Source: Takakia lepidozioides (Eukaryota > Plantae > Bryophyta). From it: a DNA stretch of 64,000 bases. Shown here piece by piece: positions 1 through 12,660 of the stretch. The position numbers and the translations under genes are program-made. Position 1 is the first letter of the stretch. Each line of letters starts with the position of its first letter. Location: the NCBI GenBank assembly GCA_030704615.1, contig CM060734.1, positions 58,466,001 through 58,530,000 on the forward strand, in the 5' to 3' direction. The notes under the pieces are model-generated. The model saw only the letters and a program-made list of their open reading frames with translations, ran no database searches and was not told the origin of the DNA.

Positions 1-158
1 CAACTAGGACTAAAGTTCTTCCGAACAATCGACATATTGAGGATCATCACTTTGCACAATACTGGCATGAGGCAAGTACAATGTTGAAGGAATTAATTGT
101 CTTCCAAGTTGTACATTGATTCATTTATACCAAGACCAAGGAGGTAGCAAGTATTGTC

Positions 159-887
159 ATGGGATGCGGGCTATACTACGCTGCTTGTTTTCTGGTACGT
201 TATCACATTGAGCAACACAAGATGCAATCGCGCTTTCTGAGTTATTCCAGTGGGGATCATTGGGTCTTACCTTCAGTGTCACCTCATATGTACCTATATG
301 GGCCAAAAGTTATGATGCAAAAGGATTCTCAAATTCGTTCATGGTTTCAAGCAGCCTGGCACAATTTGTCAACACAGAAATTCGGCATTGATGATATTTT
401 CTATAAGGGACATGTGGCATGGAAATACTTGCACGGTGCACAAGTAATTGGTACCCCACTCACCTGGACAGACAAGGAGCTCAGTGTCTTCACCAATTTT
501 GCTGTTCAGCGTTTACAGCAAGTTTTAAAATATAAACTTCCAGACATGGTAGGACAACATTGTATGCCCCAGAGGATTCCACAAAAAGTTCGACAATTAA
601 AACACCTGAGAGGCGATGAGGATTCTGATACAACTGTTTCTTCAGCGGATTCTTTTGACATGGGAGAAGACTATGCAATTCAGATGGCAGAGAAGAAGCG
701 ACGGGGGTCTCCTATGCCTGAAAGGTTACCTCGATATCAGCCTCCAGAGGGCCTCACTTATCCGGGTAGTGTTCAAACATCTCCGTCAACCAGTGACAGA
801 CCTCGGGCTCGTACACACAGTCCGCCACGAAACTCTCAACGTCAGAAAGGTGCTCGATCACAAAGGTTTGCTAATCCCAATCAGTAA
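159..887 (+). CDS. Unknown ORF (242 aa), probably TE-associated; the frame continues upstream past one stop to the window edge
   Basis: Long ORF with an ordered N-terminal part and an S/P/R-rich tail; no recognisable motif; lies antisense and 3' of Gypsy copy 1. Confidence 0.35.
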   Translation: MGCGLYYAACFLVRYHIEQHKMQSRFLSYSSGDHWVLPSVSPHMYLYGPKVMMQKDSQIRSWFQAAWHNLSTQKFGIDDIFYKGHVAWKYLHGAQVIGTPLTWTDKELSVFTNFAVQRLQQVLKYKLPDMVGQHCMPQRIPQKVRQLKHLRGDEDSDTTVSSADSFDMGEDYAIQMAEKKRRGSPMPERLPRYQPPEGLTYPGSVQTSPSTSDRPRARTHSPPRNSQRQKGARSQRFANPNQ

Positions 888-1039
888 ACCGTGAGGACAC
901 GGCTTTTTGAGAGGGGAAGGGGTAATGTTAGAGGACTGTCTAGGACTTAGACACTTATACGGGATCTGTAGGGTACCCTTAATTTTTGCACAAACTGAGA
1001 CCAACAGGAGCCTTAGGGGTGACAGCAGCGCACTGTAGA

Positions 1040-1312
1040 GGGGGGTTACACAGTCCGTCACAGTCCAACACAGCCCGTCATAGCCAACACATCCCATCAC
1101 AGTCGTCACAGCCGACACAGCCACACAGCCAGTCACAGTCAACACAGCTCGTCACAGCCCAACACATCCATCACAGCCAACACAGCCCGTCACAGCCGAC
1201 ACAGCCACACAGCCAGTCACAGCCCGACACAACCAAACACAGTCGCACAGCCAGTCACAGCCCGTCACAGTTTCACACAGCCAGTCACAGCTTGACACAG
1301 CTGTCACGACCA
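1040..1312 (-). repeat. CACAGCC(CGT)-type short tandem repeat; same family as 11970-12660 but on the opposite strand
   Basis: Repeated cacagcccgtca / cacagccagtca units. Confidence 0.85.
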
Positions 1313-1939
1313 TAGGGAACGGAGAGCAGGACAGGGAACGACTGTGGGGAACAACACCTGCAAATGGAACATGTTAGTTCACAGACGACGGTTAGTGAGG
1401 GAAACGGTTAGAGCCACGGGTAGGAAGATAAAGCGAGAAGCAAGGACTGAGAAGGGGGATTCTTGGAAGCACTTCGGACATCACTGGGGGAAAGGAAGAG
1501 GGAGCGGATCTCTGAGCAGAAAGATGGAGAACACGGAGTAGGAGGAGGAGGAGGTATTGAGGCATAATGAACGCAAGCAGTAGAATTGTAATGTAGAGCA
1601 GATTAAAGACTCCATGGTTTCAGCCTGATACTTGATAAATATTAATCTGATACACACTTCATACTCACACTGTGTAGAGAGATCTGAGTGAAGCTGTGGA
1701 ATGAATGGATGAGTTGATGGAGCAAACTGATACTTAATTACCAGCAGTAAGGTAACTAGCTAACATGAATGCGGGAAGGAAAACAAATAGGAAACACCCC
1801 CATGATACACTAGCTGTAGGTCATGACTGATTGTTCTGAGCGGGCTGAGTACTTAGAGATTTCCAACTCTTCTATCTTGGAGTTTCCGCCTCGGATAGCG
1901 AAGGGATGGATGAGTAAAAGCCGCGCGACATAGCAGCTT

Positions 1940-4900
1940 CTCTACGAATGGATGTAGGTAAATCCGGCTCTCAGCCAAAGAGAAGAAAATTAGGTGAGAA
2001 TGAGGCAAGTGATGCTTGCTTACTGAACTTGTAGCCCATGGCTAACCAGGATAACTGAAGGTCCCAATCTCCTAGGTGTCCCTTCTGCAAGCCATACTTG
2101 TGCAAACCCCTCTTTACTGTCTGAACAACCCTCTCTGCCAAGCCATCGGCCTCAGGATGATCCCGAGAAGTGGTGCGGTGGTCTACCAAGGCCTTGTCAC
2201 ACAAAGCCTGAAACTCCCCCAAGAACTATTTCCCTTGGTCCGTGAGTACCTCAGCTGGAGCACCAAATTGGCTAAGTACACAATCCAAGAATGCATACGT
2301 AGCTCCCTCACTAGCCTTATCAGGCAATGGAACCAACTCGATCCACTTGGAGAAGTGCTCCACCATCACCAACACGTACTTGTTGTGGCGCATGGTCAGT
2401 GGCAACGGCCCTGCGAAGTCAAGACTTCACCTGTAGTCCAATCCCATGATCGGAAGAGGGTGCAATTGTGGAGTAGGGGCGTTGAATGAAGTACACTCCC
2501 TGTCACACACCATGCACCTAGCCACAAATTGTTGCATCTCTGTGTGCATACCACGCCACCAATACTGCCCCTGCAGTAGACTATGAGTGCGTCGCACCCC
2601 AAAATGCCCCAACTCCTCATGGGCATGCCGCACTAACCGTTCCCGCTGGGTTGGGTGAGGCACAATCCTCACTCGACCATCCTCCCACACTCAAAGCAGG
2701 TGTGTCCCCTCCTACTTGAACTTCTTGGCTCGTTGTAGGATCCGATCCCTCTCCTTGGCAGTCACAGTGGCTGTCGTGTCTCCAGTGCGGAGATAGTCCA
2801 ACACAGCTGAATCCTCATGTATATCTTTGGCGCCACCTTGCTCATTGCTGGCCTCAAGGTCCTCAGACACTTGATCTACAGTTATCCATGTTGCAGGTCC
2901 AGCCTGGCCTTCCGCTGCCAAGGTACACAGAAATGCAGATGCATGCCATCCGGGCACCATCTCCTCATCCATCCCACCATGACCAAACCCGGTCGATGCA
3001 CAACCTGAAAGTCATACTCTTGAAGGATGAGTGCCCACCGTGCAAGCTTCCCTGTAAGCTTGTCTGACTCCATCAACCACTTGAGTGGTTGGTGATCCGT
3101 GACAAGGGTGAAGAGATTGCCGTATAGATAGCACCTGAAGTGTGCCACGGCCCACACTGCAGCTAAGCATTCTCCCTCATATGAGTCATACTTAGACTCT
3201 GCAACGTTGTTCGAGCGGCTAGCATAAGCCACTACGAACTCTCTTCCCTCATCATCCACCTGTGTGAGCACCGCTCTAAGCCCCAGCATGCTCCAATCTG
3301 TATGCAGCTGAAAAGGACGCCCCCTGATAGGTCGTCTCAAATTGGGCGCCGAGGTCAACCTCGCCTTGAGCTCCTGAAAAGCTTGTTCTTGCTCATCTTC
3401 CCACTGCCACTCCTGATCCACCTTGGCCTTTGCAATGGTACTAAATCCCTTAACAAACCGTCTATAATAGTTTGCTAACCCCATAAAAGCTCGAACTCGG
3501 CTCACATCCGTGGGGCGTGGAATCTGTGCAATGGACCCTACCTTAGTCTGCTATACCCCCAATCCTCCAGGATATATCATGTGACCCAGATACTCAATTT
3601 GGTTGTGGAAAAACTTGCACTTCCCCGGATGTAACTTCAATCCGTGCGCCCTGAAGCGCTCAAATACCACCTGAAGGTGTCTCTCATGCTCCTCCACTAT
3701 AGCACTAAAGATGATGATGTCATCTATGTAGCACCGAGCAAACTCCACCCCTGCTAGAATCCTGTCCATAACTCTCTGAAACTCTGCATGAGCGTTCTTA
3801 AGCCCAAATGGTAAGAATCGCCACTGGTATAGGCAATCATTCCCATGCTCATTGATCCCCCATAATGCCGTCTTCTGCTTATCCGCCTCCTTAATCAGCA
3901 ACTGGTGATATCCGGATCATAAATCCAAAGTGCTAAAGACCTTGGCATGCCCAATGGCATCAAAGATCTCCTCTGGTGTCGGCATGGCATACCTATCGGA
4001 CTTGGTCTGACGATTTACAGGCCGGTAATCACCGCACATACGTCTCTCCGTCCAATTACCATAGACATCCTTCTTGGCTGGCATCACTGTGGCTGAAGCA
4101 TACTCTCCCCCAGATAGCTCCACCAAACAGCCTCCCAAAGGTCCTGAGTTCTCATCTGAATCAAGAACCTCTCCATGTCACGGTATCTATAGGGTCTCCG
4201 AAAGATTGGCGTGTCAGTAGCCAATTCAATGCGAATCTCTTGACCATTCAGTGCTCCTAAGTCCTTCAAACTAAAGGCAAAGCAGTTCCTGTAAGCCCTC
4301 AAGAACCGCCGTATACGTTGTCTCTCTCCTCCGGTGACTATGGGTCCAACATCAGGCTCCTAGTTGTCCTCCGTGACTACAACCTTGAGTCCAGCAGGCT
4401 TAGAGGTAGAAGACGCGTCCCGTGGTTGCTATGCTGCAACCTCTTGAGCAGTGACCACTCCCTCCTCTGTCAGTGACAATGTCTCATCCTGCCCCATCAT
4501 CCCATCCTTGAGGACCTCCTCAACCCGAGAAAAATCCCCAACCTCATCCATCACGGCCGCCTTGGCTGCCAACTCCTTTTGAACCTCGAGCACCTCCCAC
4601 GTGTGCCATGGATGCGGCCTGCATCTCGTGGTCCTCACCTATTCGCCCCCACTCGCTGCCTATACCGTCTCGGTAGGCAAGGAGACCATCAAGAGAAGTG
4701 TACTTCGTACTGAGCGCTGCTCAGCCATAGCCAAGCTGATAATCCAGGTCAAGCAATTGAGATCCATTGCTTGCCCCAACATCTGACGACGTGATGCCTC
4801 AGAAAGAGATGGCACCGCCATGGTACCAGTGGTAAAACCCACCGCCCGCTCGCGCTGGTCAGCATTGGGCTCCACTAATTGGTGCAACTGGCTATCCCAC

Positions 4901-7900
4901 AAGAGGCCAGGTCCACCATAAAAGCATGGGATCCTGGAAAACTGAGCAGTGTAGGCGGCTCTTGGGTGACCCACCTTATTGACCACTGCCAAAGGTGATC
5001 GGTCATCGTGTCTCACACGCTGAGACTGTCTCCCTATGTCCAAAATGCTATCCACCGTCAGGTGTGGTGGCCGCTGCACCCCATCAAATGCACGTTTGAG
5101 CAGTGCAGGTGGCATCAAGTTGGTCCACCATAATCGTGGGCGATGAGCCCGTGACCCCACTGCAGCTGCATCCAGCAACACTGCTAACCCAAGCCAAGAC
5201 CGCACTTGATGCACACTGGCCATCACCTTGGCCCGAGAATCACCCATCAATGGCATTATCCAAGATATATATTGGAGAGTCTGTCTGATGAAGTTGTAAA
5301 TAGCGTAGGACCCTCAACATTTCCCAAAACAGGCGTGATCTTGAGTCGTGTAACCCATTGTCATGCCCGGCTGATGAATGCCCTTGGCAAGGCCAACCTG
5401 CCACTACCAAGTGAATAGGGTCAACCCGCTCCAAACCATGCGCCCCCCGCAAAGAGATGTCTGTTGGCAATGCTTGTTGGTATCCACGAACTGCAGACAC
5501 TGGTAACAAATCATGGTACTGCTGCACCAATTGAGCAACATGGTGCAGTGAGACGCGTCGTGTAGTCTCATCCCTCTCCACATACAGGTAACGTCGAACT
5601 CGTACACATGCCTGCAGCACTGCAGCCAATCCAGTGCTGATCCCGCCAAACAAGTCCAGAAGGCATATGCCTTCATCCGGGCACTACCACACAAGAGGTG
5701 TGGTGTCCAATGGCGACAACTGAGGTGGTCCTGGTGCAATCACCGCACTCTCCTCTTCTCCTGACGATATGAAGGCCTCTACTCAGGCTTGTTGCACCTA
5801 TCTATCAGCAGCCTGCTGCAAATCCCTGCTTGTACCCCATAATGGAATGTGAGCAACCATGGCAGGCAACTCCGTCATACCATGCATGTCATCCTACTCT
5901 GCTGGAGGTGGCACATCCTCTGCATGGGCATTGCCCTCCAGTAACTCTCCAGGCCAACTAACTGCAGCTGTGAAGGCTGCTAGTGTTGGCATCTTGCCCC
6001 GTTGGGCAGCAGCAACACCCCCAATGAACGTCACAGGGAGCTGTACATAACGACCATCCCCTGACTGCTATCCAGGCCTGTAGGATGCTGACTCCTCCCA
6101 AAAATCCAGGATGAAGCCCATGGGATACAACACTGCCCCACCAACGAAGACATCGTAAGAGACCGCATCTGTCACAATGGCCTTGGCTCCCATCATTGAG
6201 CCATCTATAGGATGATCCGGCTGTAGTCTAATGGCCAACTCACGCCGTGTCATGCCCCGAGCCTGCTCTGATCCTCCCAGAGATGTCTGTATCTGGAAAG
6301 GACAAGGCTCCATATCCGCCTCCATGAGGCCCAAACCTGCAATAGTATCTCTGCCCAACATCAGTGGCTGAGCTCCCGAGTCCAGCAAGACCCGCAGTGG
6401 CCGGTACCTCTTGCCTGCCGGTCCACTCAAAGAGAAAATGTCATCCTGGTTGTCTAACAAGACAACTCCATGTGTCACCATGGCGCGGTCAAAGGCTGGC
6501 CTAGCTGGTAGCTCCGTCAACCTGGCAGCTGCAGCTTGCCATGGCGCAGCCGTGGCAGTCTTGACCCTCAAATCCGAGGATTCCTCTGCCACTACACCTT
6601 CCACCAACTCTGTAGAAGATGAAGTGACCTCCCCACTCTCGCAGAGTGTTGCTGCTAGTCTGAACACTACAGCTGGTCTTACCCCCGGTGTCGCGATCAT
6701 GGTTGCCGAGAACAGTGGGGCTTGACACACAGAGGTGGCTGCCCCCAACAACACGCTGGCTGTACTAGCCTTGGCAGCAGGTGTCAGTGCTGCATGTGTA
6801 GCTCTCCCCAATGGCACAATAACGGCCTCTGTATCTTTCGGGCGAGAACTAGGTGCCATGGATGTCGTCGACACTATCTTCCCCAAGATGAATGATTGAG
6901 GTAACCTAGCCTGACGGCTTGCCTCCCCACGCTGTGGATCTAACTCCACCTCTGCACCTCGTGGCTCAGGAACTCGTGCTGCTCCTCGAGTGACGGCTGC
7001 AGCAGACTCCACCTGCACTAGTGGTAGTACTGCCCCACACATAAATCCCATGTCTCTCATGTCTCCTCCGTCAGGATGACGCTGCTGAGGAGGAACAGGA
7101 GGTGGACCCTCAGGTCTTGGAGCTGGTACCACCTGAGCTGTGGCCATGGTAGCAAGCCTTTGCTCTTGTTGTTGAAGCCGGTTGGCCATGCCTTGGTCAA
7201 CGCCCTGACCTCCACGTCCTTGGCCATACTGTGCTTGCCCTCGTCCCACACCTCGTGCCTGATCACCTCGTCCTCTCTGAGGTGCTCCAGCTCGCCCTCG
7301 GCCACCATTGTTCCCTTGGAATTGGCCTTGCCGCAACTCAGGGTGCAAGTCATAACAATGGGCATCTCGATGCCCATACTTGCCACAATGCCCACACTGC
7401 AACTGTGCAAGCTGTGCTTGTGCCGGCCTTTTGCCACTCTCTGGGCAATCTTTCTTGACATGGGGTCCTCCACATGTCCAACATATCACCCCTGGTTGAT
7501 GTTGGCTTGCAAAAGATGCTACTGGCCTCTGTACCTGAGGTCCCCTGTAAGCTCCATGGAATTTGGGTTGGGAAACCTTGCCCCCTTGACCACGCTGTTG
7601 GGCAGACCCTTGTGCCTATTGGCTGGCAATTGCGCCTCGTGCAGGCATGTCCTTGCCAAATCCAATGGTAACAACTCGCTCCTCCACCATGTTGAGCTCA
7701 ATCCGCTCAGCCAGCAGAAACACATCTGCTAATGTGGGTTGGGCTGCTTGTTATAGGGTTGCATCCCGCACCCTTCTCCTGAGCTCTTTGTCCAAAATTC
7801 CATACCAGAACTGGACTGCCTGAGCTTCAGTAACCCCTTGGGTCACACTTATCAAGCGCCTCATACGAGTGTAGGCCTCTCGCAAGCTCTCACTGGATTT

Positions 7901-9915
7901 GCGCTGGAAGTCTTGCAAACTTCGCAGCTTCTCTATCCGTACACCTTGGTAGTTCGTCCACAACTCCTGGAAGAACTCCACCACCGGGTTGAATCTAGGC
8001 ACATGTGTTGTAGTCATGGCAGGAGGAGTAGTAGCACCTTTTGAACTGGTACCACCTGCAGAAGTACCGGCACTACTTATTCCACTACTAATGCTGGCAG
8101 TGGGAGATATTGGTGCTGATGCAGCTACTGGTCGCGTCGTGCCTCGAGTAATGGAGACGTAGTCACGTAACCAATACATCCTCCACTCCTCAATCTTTGT
8201 TTCATGTCCTCGCCTGTGGTAATCGTCCATAGGCGGGCCTTCCAAATGCTGGAACAGTCTCTTCCACGCCATGAATGGGGTGAACAGCTGTGGATTGCGC
8301 ATCTGCTGCAAATCACACGAGCTGTCGAACTCCTGGATAAAGTTGTCCAGCTCGATTGTGCCCATAGCTCCACAGTACCTACAAGGCCCCTTGGTAGCTC
8401 CATACATCTCCTCCATGTCATCCCACAACAATGGCGAATGAAACTGCACATCTGTTGATGAAGCCTCCAAGTTTGTGTCTGACTCTGCACTAGTTGAGGG
8501 TGGAGGTGAAGGTGGTCTGAAACGAACACCTTGTCTAGTGAACCTACTCTCACTGCTATTGCATGTAGCCGTACTCCCCTCAAAACCCTTGGGTAACTCC
8601 GTGATGACACTCACAACCCGCATCTCCCCCACGTGACACTATAAGGCTCTAGTACTAATTCTAATAGTGACACGGGTGAGCACCTATTGCGGATTAAGGG
8701 TCATATCCCAGTGGCTAAGGGCACCTGCACCTGCATCCACCGCAAGAACTCTTATGGTTGGCTGGTCATCAACCCAGCCTCACCATAGAAGAAACACTGG
8801 TGGTCTTGCTGGTCATCACTCCAGCCTCACCACCGACAGCATACTCTAGGATTGACCGATGATCAAATCCGGCCTAATCCCTATGAAAGCAAGCGCCCAC
8901 ACAAAACCAACATGGCGCACAGTCAAGCATGTAGGTGTGGGGGGGATCCAAACACAAGAAACCAAAACATCAACACCCCCACACCAAAATCCCTCCACAA
9001 TGCTACTCCTGCAGAATACCCCAGCCCAAAAACCCCGGACTGACTGGCCTCCACCAACAGAGGCTTTGGCAACTACAAGTACAAAGTAATGAAAATAGTA
9101 AAGAGATGGAGGGGAAGAATAGAGGTCCGACCAAGCAAGATCTAATTCTGATCTATGCTATCAACTGTCAGACTTCTCTCAAAGTGCCTCGCTTGGCATG
9201 ATGGTAAGTTGTGGGAGGTATATCTATATCCAGAAACCTGCCACTAACTTTATCCCAAGCTACAGTAGCTCGCTCTGACCAACCCTCCTCCTCTCTCTGC
9301 TAGGTAGAGACAAAACAATACTCCTCTATCTCCCGCTCACTGAATACTACAGAAAATAAAGGTAGGGTCTGACAGTCTCTCAACTCGAAAGCTTTGAGAC
9401 GGTTGCGGGTGTCCTTGTTGCAAATGACTGCATCTCCTTCAAGCAGAACAAACTGTTTGTTGCTAATGAACCCCCATTCGTGGTTGCCTCGTGCAGAGCG
9501 TGTCCGACTGCAACCACGTCTGATTGCAAAAACTTGTGCAGCTCCTGCTCCTCTGCTCCAGTACACCACGGCCTTGTGGCTGAACACCTTGGTCCCCGGG
9601 GCTGTCTTTGGCTGTGTTCCAAGCCTAGCTTCCACCCACTTTGGTATTTCACCTACAGCTGCAAAACTGCCCAGAAACACATTATCAGACATGTGATTGT
9701 GTTGTATTGAATGTTTCTGTGTCAACAGTGTGATTTTAGTTTTCAATCACTCAAGAGAGATGAGCCGCACGACTGATGCTCTCGTGAAGATAAGATGGTT
9801 CAGGTGTCAAGCTAAACTTGACACCTGACTTAACACTTGAACTAAATCCAAGTGTTAAATACAAATAACTAGATTTATTCTAGTTAGTTTCACACTGTGT
9901 TTATTTAACTTGACA
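1940..9915 (-). mobile_element. Ty3/Gypsy retrotransposon copy 1 (gag-PR-DNMT / RT-RH-IN), decayed, integrase 3'-truncated
   Basis: gag 8632-7751; Zn knuckles CWTCGGPHVKKDC and CGHCGKYGHRDAHC; protease LLDSGAQ; DNMT motifs; RT YIDD (3551-4300); RNase H TDWS..TDHQPL; integrase HHCC and rve core; many stops and frameshifts; colinear with copy 2. Confidence 0.93.
4730..5672 (-). pseudogene. DNMT3/DRM-like C5 cytosine methyltransferase domain of Gypsy copy 1
   Basis: Motif I LLDLFGGISTG, II YVERDE, IV VAGWPCQGHS, VI degenerate (ILDN plus frameshift), VIII AHRPRLWWTN, IX RERAVGF, X RRQMLGQAM. Confidence 0.88.
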
Positions 9916-10577
9916 ACCTAATGTAGAACTACCTACTAGCTGAGAGCAAAACACTTTTGAGTCTTCACAAGGTCTCACAATGCTTATGGTATTTATACCT
10001 TGAATTCCATTCTCAAGGCTAGTTTTCTAGTATACTCTAGAACAATAATTCATGATAGATAGTAAATATCAGAATATTTCAGTAACATGTTAGTTTTAGG
10101 AGATGCAAATAATAGTACTGTAGTAGATAGAAAGGTCAAGAATATTGGTATGGCCAAGAATGCGTTAATTTCTTTGATTGCTCTGCATGTATTGTGCATA
10201 TTAAAATCGGAGGGTCTGTCTAATTTCGACATCTGCAACAACTTTGGTAGGTTTGGCTACCCAGCTACCCTGATACATGCATGTCGTATCTCTTGAGTCT
10301 TGCATTAACTACTCCACATATAGACAGTCCACAGTCCATGGCACTCTGAGAAAAATAGAATCCACAATAATGGCCGTAGATGACGACTCACACTAGTTAA
10401 GATTCCATTAACCCTTAAGTTCCCAAGCGACCTGAATCGGATCACTTTGAATTTACAGTTCGACCAAATTTTTGCAGATCTAATCTAATGGGCCCCACTC
10501 CTGAAGCTTTAATGACAAGGAGATTTGTCTTGAGTATGATGTGTCAAGTTATTTTACCACTAGTGTGAAACTAGCTA

Positions 10578-10654
10578 GGGATATTTACTTGAAAGTTTTC
10601 GTAGGCCCTAAACGCTCATCCGTATTTGTTTGTCACTGATATGTTTGCTTACCC
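10578..10654. repeat. 77-bp GGG...CCC insertion with 4-bp GCTA flanking duplication; second copy at 25602-25678
   Basis: Absent from the homologous terminus of Gypsy copy 1; near-identical copy at 25602. Confidence 0.65.
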
Positions 10655-11969
10655 GCTAGCTTTTACATATTGACATTTGGGATTGGCCCAAGTGTCAATC
10701 CAGGGGTCAAGGCAGATTTAGGCCCTGGAGTGGTTATCTTCACGGTAAGCGCAGGAGGCTCATCTTTCTCGAGTTGAGCCTCACCGCGCCTAGCTATGGC
10801 GCCGTAGTGTGGATTCCCCATGGCGTGGGGTGCACTTGGCTTGACTTGTATTTGAGTGATGAGGTTATATATGCATGAGTTTATGCTTCAGCTTTGTGAG
10901 TTCGCATGAGCTTGTGCTTGTATTCTTCTTCTTTATCACTCGAGAAAGATGAGCTCGTATCTGTGAGTGCCAGATACGAGTTAGTTGTAGCACTTGTGGT
11001 TTTTGCTTGAGAATGAGAGAAACCAAGTTGTTATGCAAGGAGCACCGTGGAGCTCTTGGTTGTTAGAAGCGGAGGCGATGTGGGTTACGGGGTGGTAGAC
11101 CTTGGCATTCGATCTTCAGCTTCAGAGATGAAAGCACCATGCTGCAGGTAATTCCAGAGCACCTTGATGGTTTCAGATTGTGTACATGCATGAGCAAGCA
11201 CGATTGGGAAGAGGACCAGTCAAGAGCAGGTTATAGTGGCTTTGGTGGCAAAGCTGAAAACTGGACTTGGGAATGTGAGCTTTCATTGTGTGAAGGATTG
11301 CAAGACCAAGCGAAAGGGCTGATTTGGCTTGGGGCAAATCAGTGCACTTTGTGGAGTATGTTGAGAGTGGGTTTCAATCTCGAGCTTCAGCATTGAGAGG
11401 GCTCTTGTCATGGCAAGAGCAGGGCTGGAACAGGAGCTAAGAGGTGCGGCAAGGCCATGGAATGTGCACCTAGGGTTTCAGAGCTTGGAAGAAAAGTTCT
11501 TGCACCACAAGAGGAGTGTCTTGTGGCTAGAAATGTAAGCCTTAGGGTTTCAGGAGCTTGGCAAGGGCTGTGGAGTGCTTAGTCTTGTCTTAGAGAGCAT
11601 CAAGGAGCCAAGCAGCAGGTGTAGGGGGCTGGAATAGGCTCTAAGACAGTTGCTATGGCCAAGGAGAGTGCTTGAATGAGTGCTCACAAGGGCTGGGAAC
11701 CAGCAGGGCTTGGTTGTTTGCCATTGAGTTTAGTGGCGTGTTTGGGGAGGCTAAGTGAGAAAGAAGGTTTGGTTTGTGGCAACCACCTCATGGCTTAGGG
11801 CTACTATGGTGGTGTGTGGGAGCCGAAAGAGCAAGAATACATTGCCGATTTCCTCACAGCCACCATAGCTCGGTGGAAAGAAGCCTAGAGTCCAAGAGAC
11901 ACAAACCCTAGCTTGGCGTGGCTAAACCCCTTGGAGAAATGGCTAAAACTGCCAGAGCGGCCATGGATG

Positions 11970-12660
11970 GGGCTGTGACGGGCTGTCCCTGTGGCCTTGG
12001 GGGTTGTGACGGGCTGTGAGGGGTTGTGCCGGGCTGCGCCGGTGGCCTTCAGGGCTGTGACGGGCTGTGTCGGGCTGCGCCGGTGGCCTTCGGGGCTGTG
12101 ACGGGCTGTGAGGGCCTGTGATGGGCTGCGGCCCTGGCCTTTGGGGCTGTGACGGGCTGTGAGAGGCTATGATAGGCTGTGCCCATGGCCTTTGGGGCTG
12201 TGATGGGCTGTGACAGGCCGTGCCTGAGGCCTTTGGGGCTGTGACAGGCTACACCCGTGGCCTTTGGGGCTGTGATGGGCTGTGAGGGGCTGTGACAGGC
12301 CGTGCCTAAGGCCTTTGGGGCTGTGACGGGCTGTGACAGGCCGTGCCTGAGGCCTTGGGGCCGTGACGGACTGTGAGGGGCTGTGTCAGGCCGTGCCTGA
12401 GGCCTTGGGGGCTGTGAGGGGCTGTGGCGAGCTGTGACGGGCTGTGAGGGGCTGTCACAGGCTGTGCCCAGTGGCCTGTGGGGCTGTGACGGGCTGTGGC
12501 GGGCTGTGCCCTGTGGCCTGTGGGGCTGTGACGGGCTGTGACAGGCTGTGGCAAGCTGTGACGGGCGATGAGGGGTTGTGACAGGCTGTGCCCAGTGGCC
12601 TGTGGGACTGTGACGGCTGTGACCAGTGAGCTGTGTGGGCCTGTGCTGGTCTGTGGTGGT
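11970..12660 (+). repeat. GGGCTGTGAC-based G-rich tandem array in the leader of Gypsy copy 2
   Basis: Dozens of gggctgtga(c/g) units with a higher-order period of about 40-50 bp. Confidence 0.92.

Noticed and set aside
986-1315. S/Q/H/P-rich ORF (also 12306-12728 and 12455-12703)
   Set aside because: Translation artefacts of tandem repeats
9300-9746. 148-aa ORF in the leader of Gypsy copy 1
   Set aside because: Non-ATG start, no motif, no counterpart in copy 2
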